Below are positions 58,742-64,000 of a stretch of DNA of 64,000 bases, one piece after another. The position numbers were made by a program, and so were the translations under genes. This DNA comes from Chloroflexota bacterium. GTDB lineage: Bacteria; Chloroflexota; Limnocylindria; Limnocylindrales; CSP1-4. The notes beneath the pieces were generated by a model, which did no database searches, had not been told where the DNA came from, and worked only from the letters and a program-made list of their open reading frames with translations. The stretch spans positions 17,478 through 81,477 of the forward strand of contig PNAZ01000154.1 in NCBI GenBank assembly GCA_003169655.1, in the 5' to 3' direction. Each line of letters starts with the position of its first letter. Position 1 is the first letter of the stretch.

Positions 58742-58858
58742 GACTCCTCCTCCTGCTTCTTCGTTGGGTCGACCGCCGCCAGAAACGCGCGCCCCTGCCG
58801 TTGTTGGCTACACTCTCATTAGACATACTAGCATCAGGATGGAATGTGAGCGTATTGG

Positions 58859-59626
58859 GTGGCGACGATCGAAGTTGCCGTTCTCGCGGCTTCCGGTTGT
58901 TCTTGGCCGCCCCGTTCCTCAATCGCCGGCCGAGGGTGGCTGATATTCGACCTTACAGGTTCGGCGGCCCATCTCGGCCTAGCTTGTGCGCTCGCGATGC
59001 TGCCATGTTTGCTGCTGACTCTTCACGCTGGGATGGTCGTGGAACGTCGGGGTCGGCGCGGACTCGTCGTCACTTCGCAAATAGCCCATGCCAGCGTCGC
59101 AGCGGTATTGGTATTGCTCGCCTGAGTCGCCGTGCTCAGTTTTGCATCGTCGCTGCAATTTGTGGGCCGGCTGGGACTGCATCAGCCGCCGGTGTTCTCG
59201 CGGCTCCGGGTGATGGTCCGATTCTCGTCGACCGAGCGAGCGTAGCCTCAGCCATGGCTCTCAATTTCTTGGTCAGGATATCCTCGGGCGGCCGATCGCA
59301 GGCGCTCTCATTGCGCTCCACGGGTCGCGCTGTCGCTCGTCGCTCATTTCGTATCTGGCGCTTCCCAGGTTGCTTACAATCTAACGAAGCTGACTCTGTT
59401 GCTCGCAAGAACGCGCGATAGATATCGGGGCAGAGTCCCGTCGCTCTATAGCGTCAGGCGTCAAACCCGATGCCCTGTGGGTAGCCTAGCGATCGGACTT
59501 CTCGCCCAACGTTTTGGAGCTCCACGAGCCACATTCATCTCCAGTGCGGCAGCCATCTGGTGGCTTAGTGTCGCATCGCTCGCAATTGCGCCCGCGATGC
59601 TACCTATGAGCCCGAGGTCCGAGTAA
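58859..59626 (+). pseudogene. MFS transporter remnant, with multiple frameshifts
   Basis: MFS-like TM segments appear in three different frames: 'LLLTLHAGMVVERRGRRGLVVTSQ', 'AMALNFLVRISSGG' and 'LAIGLLAQRFGAPRATFISSAAAIWW'. Confidence 0.5.
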
Positions 59627-59643
59627 GTGAAGTTCACGTCCGA

Positions 59644-60507
59644 ATGTTTCAGTTTGGTGTGTTCGAGTTGACGCTGGACTTCGTTCCGCTCGGTTACGGA
59701 CTTGACTGCCCGGAGTGCGTGGTCTGGGGCCCTCACCATAAGCTGTATGCGATCGGGATGGCAGGGCAGTTGTACGAAGTAGGCTTGGACGGCTCGACCC
59801 TGGAGGTAGGGGCGACGGGCGTCCCTAGTCTCGGCTTCGCATTCGATGCGGAAGGCCGCATCTACGCCTGCGATCCCTCCGGGGGACGGGTTGTGAGAAT
59901 TCAGCCGACATCGGGCATTGTCAGCACCTTTGCAACGGGGGTCGCCGGGCGACCAATGCGAACCCCCAACTATCCTGCCTTCGGACCTGACGGATCCTTG
60001 TACGTGTCGGATTCGGGGGACGCGCATGCTGCTAACGGAGTCATCTTTAGGGTCGATCCACGAGGCAAATGCAGCATTTTCAGCATCGAAGTTCCCCATT
60101 TTCCGAATGGAATTGCCCTCGACGCGAGCGCTGAAGCTCTCTACGTTGTCGAAACGGATCGACCCTCACTCTGGCGTCTTCCAATCACACCGGGCGGAGT
60201 CGTCGGTCGAGCCGAACTCATCGCGCCATTACCTGGGACGATCCCCGATGGGATCGCCGTGTCGGAATCTGGCGACGTCTTCGTGACGAGCTGCGAACCG
60301 AGTTCAATCATCTGTGTACGGCCGAATTCCTCTCCAGAGATCGTGGCGTCGGATCTCTCCGGGGACGTGCTTCGTGTTCCGACAAACGTGGCATTCTGCG
60401 GGACGGATCTGCGACACCTCGCCGTCGCGAACCGCTCCGCCAGCTGGCTTGCGGTGGCCGACGCTGGATGTCGCGGAGCTGCCGTGGTTCGACCATCGAC
60501 TGAATAG
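59644..60507 (+). CDS. SMP-30/gluconolactonase/LRE-like beta-propeller protein
   Basis: It has the family blocks 'GPDGSLYVSD', 'PNGIALD' and 'PDGIAV'. Confidence 0.7.
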   Translation: MFQFGVFELTLDFVPLGYGLDCPECVVWGPHHKLYAIGMAGQLYEVGLDGSTLEVGATGVPSLGFAFDAEGRIYACDPSGGRVVRIQPTSGIVSTFATGVAGRPMRTPNYPAFGPDGSLYVSDSGDAHAANGVIFRVDPRGKCSIFSIEVPHFPNGIALDASAEALYVVETDRPSLWRLPITPGGVVGRAELIAPLPGTIPDGIAVSESGDVFVTSCEPSSIICVRPNSSPEIVASDLSGDVLRVPTNVAFCGTDLRHLAVANRSASWLAVADAGCRGAAVVRPSTE

Positions 60508-60696
60508 ACCAGGCCCACAGCCCGCCCACTCTTCTCCTGCCGAATCCCAAGCGAAGTGTTGACGAGACCGTGGTGCAAGTCCTATTCTTCACAGGAAAGT
60601 CCGAACAAGGGAACAACCTTAGATCCAGCCATCGCAGACGAGCGAACGGATGCGGGCTAGCTGCACGCCTCGTTTCGCGACGAAAAAGGGGCGAAG

Positions 60697-61842
60697 ATGC
60701 AGGAACGGCAAGGCAATTCCCAGCAGAAGCGAAAGGGCGCCACTGGCGTGATCGCGACGACGACTCTCGCCGAGCCTGAGATTCAGGCCATCCTCAAGGT
60801 CGGGCGAAAGCTGGGCGTCAAGTTCGTCGTCGACCCAGTCACCGAGAATGCGGCGCTAGATACTCTCCTTGAATCAGTACCCCATGCCGAGCTGATGATC
60901 GCCGACTTCTTGCCGGGAGGAGGTGTTGGAGCCCGTCCTGGTGAGAGGTCGTCACTATCTGATGTGGGGGCCAAAGCGGCCAGCAATTTATCGCGCACAG
61001 CCTCCTCTGGACGCCCTTGGAGTGAGTTGCGGTGGGTCCAACTGTCCGCGGCAGGCATCAACCAAGAGACCGGGAGTGCCGTATGGCGCGAGTCGTCGCA
61101 TGTCACCATAACGACGGCCAGCGGGCTCCCGAGCGTTGCGATGGCTCAATACATCATCGGAATGATCCTTTTGCATGCCAATCGGGTCGATAGGCTCTAC
61201 CGCGATCCGCGGGATTGGTCCATCCGGCGTGAGCTTCAGACCCAAGTCCTGACGGGGTGTACCCTCGGGATCCTCGGCTATGGAGGGACTGGGCGTCGAA
61301 CTGCCCGTATCGCCGCTGCGCTGGGAATGCGGGTGATTGCAATTCGGCGGTCGACGGACAGCCCAGCGATCGAGCGCTACCTGACGCCGGAGATCCAAGA
61401 TATCGACACCGTCGTCGACGCAACGGAAGTTTGGCCGATCAAATCGCTGTCCCGCCTCCTCAAGGAGAGCGACTACGTTGCATGCGCGCTCCCACTTACA
61501 TCAGAAACGCGAGGCTTGATTGGGGTTTCCGAGATCAGCATGATGAAGAAGGGCGCGTTCTTGATCAACGTTTCCAGGGGACGCATCGTCGACGAGGTTG
61601 CGCTCGTTGAGGCTCTGACATCGGGACACCTCGGGGGCGCTGCTCTCGATGTGTTCGACGTTGAGCCGCTCCCCGAATCGAGCTCACTGTGGTCGGCCCC
61701 GAACGTCACATTGACCCCACACAAGGCAGGAAGCTATGACCGCTTGAGCGAGTTCATGTCGGGTCTATTCATTACGAATCTCAAACGATATCGGGCCGGG
61801 CTTGGACTCTTGAACGAAGCGTCGCGCGATCGTGGCTATTAG
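60697..61842 (+). CDS. D-isomer-specific 2-hydroxyacid dehydrogenase, third paralogue
   Basis: It has 'GILGYGGTG' and 'SRG...D...TPH'. AAAGGGG lies upstream. Confidence 0.75.
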   Translation: MQERQGNSQQKRKGATGVIATTTLAEPEIQAILKVGRKLGVKFVVDPVTENAALDTLLESVPHAELMIADFLPGGGVGARPGERSSLSDVGAKAASNLSRTASSGRPWSELRWVQLSAAGINQETGSAVWRESSHVTITTASGLPSVAMAQYIIGMILLHANRVDRLYRDPRDWSIRRELQTQVLTGCTLGILGYGGTGRRTARIAAALGMRVIAIRRSTDSPAIERYLTPEIQDIDTVVDATEVWPIKSLSRLLKESDYVACALPLTSETRGLIGVSEISMMKKGAFLINVSRGRIVDEVALVEALTSGHLGGAALDVFDVEPLPESSSLWSAPNVTLTPHKAGSYDRLSEFMSGLFITNLKRYRAGLGLLNEASRDRGY

Positions 61843-61951
61843 AACAATACGGCCCAATACGCGGAATGCTTAGGAATCGGCGGCCCCGGGGACGGCGGGC
61901 GCTCAAATTGCCGAGAGTTGAAGCAGGTCTTGTGTCCGCGGAGACACTAGC

Positions 61952-62170
61952 ATGAAAATTACGAGGATCGAGACCATCCTGGTCTCCGCTGACTGGGATA
62001 AGGTCGCTGGATCGAGCTTCCGCAACCCAGCCACTCCGAACTTAGCTTTTGAGGGACTTGAAAGGTTCGGCATCGCCCGACGTCTCAGAGGCATAAACAT
62101 TAGCGGAGGCGAGTCACGTGAAAATCACCGAAGTCCGAACATCGCTGATCTCGACAAGGTGGGGCGTTGA
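61952..62170 (+). pseudogene. 5' fragment of an enolase-superfamily gene ('MKITRIETILVS...')
   Basis: It resembles the N-terminus of the adjacent intact gene (MKITEVRTSLIS...) and decays after about 20 codons. Confidence 0.4.
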
Positions 62171-63314
62171 GGATCCCTACTGGAATGGGGGCGACGTCAA
62201 GAGCTCCGCTCTCGTGTTGATCGAAACGGACGAGGGGATCAGGGGCATCGGTGAGAGTCTGCTCGGATACTTCGCGCCCGAGACAGTGCCGCCGTTGGTC
62301 GACTACTACGCTCCGCTTCTGGTTGGCAGGGACCCCGATGATATCGACGGCCTGTGGCGCCAGATGTTCAAGAGCAGCTACTTCTGGGGTCGCACGGGAG
62401 CGGCGATGAGCGTGATCAGTGCGATCGACATCGCGCTCTGGGACATCCGAGCTCAACGCGCAGGCAGGCCGTTGTATTCAATCGTGGGTACACTCGCACG
62501 GTCGTCGCAGCTCATCTACGCCTCCGGGGGCGGGTCGTTATGGCCGCTTGAGCGCACGGTCGAGAAGGTCCAAGCCTATGCTGACCTCGGCTATCGCGCG
62601 GCAAAAGTCGCGATAGGCAGTGCTTTCAATGTGTCCTGGGACCCACTCATGGGCCACCGATTTGAGCTACCGACGACCGATCGCCTCGTAGAGCTCGAAG
62701 CCGAGAAGTGGCGGCGCCTCAGGGACGCGATGGGTCAAGACTTCGAGCTGTTGACTCAGAGCTCCGGGCCGACGCCGTGGACCCTCGCACACGCCATACG
62801 TTTTGCCGAGGCCATGGCACCGGCTCATCTGCTGTGGTACGAAGAACCGTTTGTCTACGAACGCCTTCACGACTATCAAAGATTGAGGGCCCGGAGCTCC
62901 ACGCCGATCGCGGGGGGCGAGAGCTTCTCCGGCGTTCAGACCTTCCAGCAGTTCCTCGAGGCAGAGGCGTTCGACATCATTCAGCCCGACCTCACCTACG
63001 TGGGCGGTATCACAGTCGGCCTAAAGATCGCGGCGTTGGCGGAAGCATATGGCACGCCGGTGGCCTTCCACGTCGGCGGGTCCTTCGGACCCGGTTTCGC
63101 GGCATCGTTGCACCTGTCATTGGTCACGCCGCATGTGCTCATCCTCGAACAGCCGCCGGCGGCCGCAGGAGTACAGGCTGCACTCTGCACTTTCCCCCTC
63201 ACCCTCAAGGCGGGAAGCATCGAGGCGCCGCTGGTACCAGGTCTGGGTGTCGCGCTCACGCCAGAGATTGAGCGACGTTTCGCTTTCGTCCCAGGCAGCG
63301 GCGAGCGCGAGTAA
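62118..63314 (+). CDS. Enolase-superfamily dehydratase/racemase (MR/MLE; galactonate-dehydratase-like)
   Basis: It has 'GIGESLLGY' and 'KVAIG'. The GTG follows GCGGAGG. Confidence 0.7.
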   Translation: MKITEVRTSLISTRWGVEDPYWNGGDVKSSALVLIETDEGIRGIGESLLGYFAPETVPPLVDYYAPLLVGRDPDDIDGLWRQMFKSSYFWGRTGAAMSVISAIDIALWDIRAQRAGRPLYSIVGTLARSSQLIYASGGGSLWPLERTVEKVQAYADLGYRAAKVAIGSAFNVSWDPLMGHRFELPTTDRLVELEAEKWRRLRDAMGQDFELLTQSSGPTPWTLAHAIRFAEAMAPAHLLWYEEPFVYERLHDYQRLRARSSTPIAGGESFSGVQTFQQFLEAEAFDIIQPDLTYVGGITVGLKIAALAEAYGTPVAFHVGGSFGPGFAASLHLSLVTPHVLILEQPPAAAGVQAALCTFPLTLKAGSIEAPLVPGLGVALTPEIERRFAFVPGSGERE

Positions 63315-63604
63315 ACCCATGCCGGCGATTGCCGCCCACCCAACGTTATGCCTGTGGGATTCATTGCGCGATATCGAAGCCGGATCGCGTGGCAAGGGGT
63401 GTGGGCTCACTCGCGGTCGGGCATGGCTAAGTGGGAGCAAGCAAATGCGGGCCCTTTACGACTCTGGCGACGCATCGATGTCCTCCTCGCGGAAGACCCT
63501 CTCGGTGAGTCGGCCTCGGCCATCCCAGGGAATCTCACATGAGGACGAGGATGCCTTTGTGAATTCGGCTTCACGGCTGGCTCGAGCGGCCAGAAAAATC
63601 TCGT

Positions 63605-64000
63605 TCAGCTGGCGTGGCGTTCCTTGGACTGTTCGGCTCGCTTTGGCGCGCCGGCTCTTCGCCCGAGGCTATTCCGTCGCACATGGATCTCGCAGAGCCC
63701 GACTTGGCAGGAACTCACGGACCTTCCTAAGGTCGAGCGGAAGCGATCATCCGCAAATGGCGCACCGGATGCTCTCCGGCCGTTGACCGTGATGGAGCCC
63801 TCCGAAGCCTCCCTTAGTAAAGCCCACTGATACTCGTTCCGATAGTTCGTGGACGCTCCTTCGACCCATCGCGGTGCCCCAAGGCCTTCCCACGCCGCCT
63901 GGAGGAGGAGTCCGTCTGTTTCGACCCGCACGTGCAAGCCGGTAGACATGCTTCCCCGCTCGAAAACGGCCAGTCGGGGCTCAGTATTTAGGTCGACGCC
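63605..64000 (-). CDS. Unidentified ORF; the 5' end lies outside the window
   Basis: The reading frame stays open from the window edge to the stop at 63605. I could not recognise a family. Confidence 0.3.
   Translation of the reverse strand, partial: GVDLNTEPRLAVFERGSMSTGLHVRVETDGLLLQAAWEGLGAPRWVEGASTNYRNEYQWALLREASEGSITVNGRRASGAPFADDRFRSTLGRSVSSCQVGLCEIHVRRNSLGRRAGAPKRAEQSKERHAS

Noticed and set aside
63049-63786. A 245-aa plus-strand ORF at the window end
   Set aside because: It overlaps the 3' end of the enolase-superfamily gene and translates to low-complexity Ser/Arg-rich sequence.
1-64000. CRISPR arrays, rRNA genes, tandem repeats
   Set aside because: I found no regularly spaced direct repeats and no rRNA-like conserved blocks. 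The only tRNA found is tRNA-Gly at 3331..3406.

Overview
This is a high-GC (about 65-70%) bacterial chromosomal window. It is most likely actinobacterial: there is an F420-type LLM oxidoreductase, frequent GTG starts with 4-nt overlapping stop/start junctions, and terminator hairpins that lack U-tracts. The window is densely coding, with about 60 genes and almost all of them catabolic. I read it in ten blocks, then list what I could not find.

- **1-3.4 kb:** the 3' end of a GH1 beta-glucosidase gene, a large class-III adenylate cyclase + NB-ARC/AAA + TPR signalling protein, and tRNA-Gly(CCC).
- **3.7-8.9 kb:** a LacI-regulated sugar module of PfkB kinase, single-NBD ABC ATPase, RbsC-like permease and lipoprotein solute-binding protein. 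A perfect LacI-type operator palindrome sits in front of it.
- **9-14.5 kb:** a sugar/polyol oxidoreductase cluster: Zn-dependent alcohol dehydrogenase, Gfo/Idh/MocA oxidoreductase, TIM-barrel isomerase/epimerase, alpha/beta hydrolase, aldo/keto reductase and cupin-type phosphoglucose isomerase.
- **14.5-16 kb:** a roughly 780-bp stretch with no protein-like ORF, then a C-terminally short Rieske oxygenase gene.
- **16-24 kb:** a 7-gene minus-strand operon of amidohydrolase, two M24 creatinase/prolidase paralogues, threonine-aldolase-family enzyme, creatininase-family enzyme, SDR and a DAO/sarcosine-oxidase-like flavoenzyme. Next to it is a NitT/TauT-type ABC importer. Three promoter regions in this block carry the same TGTCTGATG(A/T)C motif.
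- **28-33.4 kb:** an F420-LLM oxidoreductase, a GntR regulator, a third M24 paralogue, an FGGY kinase and an SDR.
- **33.7-37.6 kb:** a decayed mobile-element scar with a tyrosine-recombinase C-terminal remnant, a SAM methyltransferase, a frameshifted cobQ, and an IS481-family transposase remnant that is frameshifted and truncated.
- **38.6-52.8 kb:** D-/N-acyl-amino-acid and hydroxy-acid catabolism.
  - An ornithine cyclodeaminase gene opens the block.
  - A D-aminoacylase gene sits directly upstream of an MR/MLE racemase-like gene.
  - Three D-2-hydroxyacid dehydrogenase genes occur across this block and the 60.7 kb locus. Two of them sit next to paralogues of an uncharacterised domain, and one paralogue is fused to a ureidoglycolate-lyase-like cupin.
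  - Also present are MBL-fold, Gfo/Idh, aldehyde dehydrogenase, fold-II and fold-III PLP dehydratase and FAH-family genes.
- **53-58.7 kb:** a CUT1 sugar ABC system without its own ATPase, two SDRs and an SGNH hydrolase.
- **58.8-64 kb:** an MFS transporter pseudogene, an SMP-30/gluconolactonase-like gene, a third 2-hydroxyacid dehydrogenase, an MR/MLE 5' gene fragment next to an intact enolase-superfamily gene, and an unidentified ORF running off the window end.

I found no CRISPR array, no rRNA and no obvious defence island. The most interesting signals are the recurring operator-like motif, the repeated association of the uncharacterised domain with 2-hydroxyacid dehydrogenase genes, the possible creatinine/sarcosine-type operon, and the cluster of pseudogenes.
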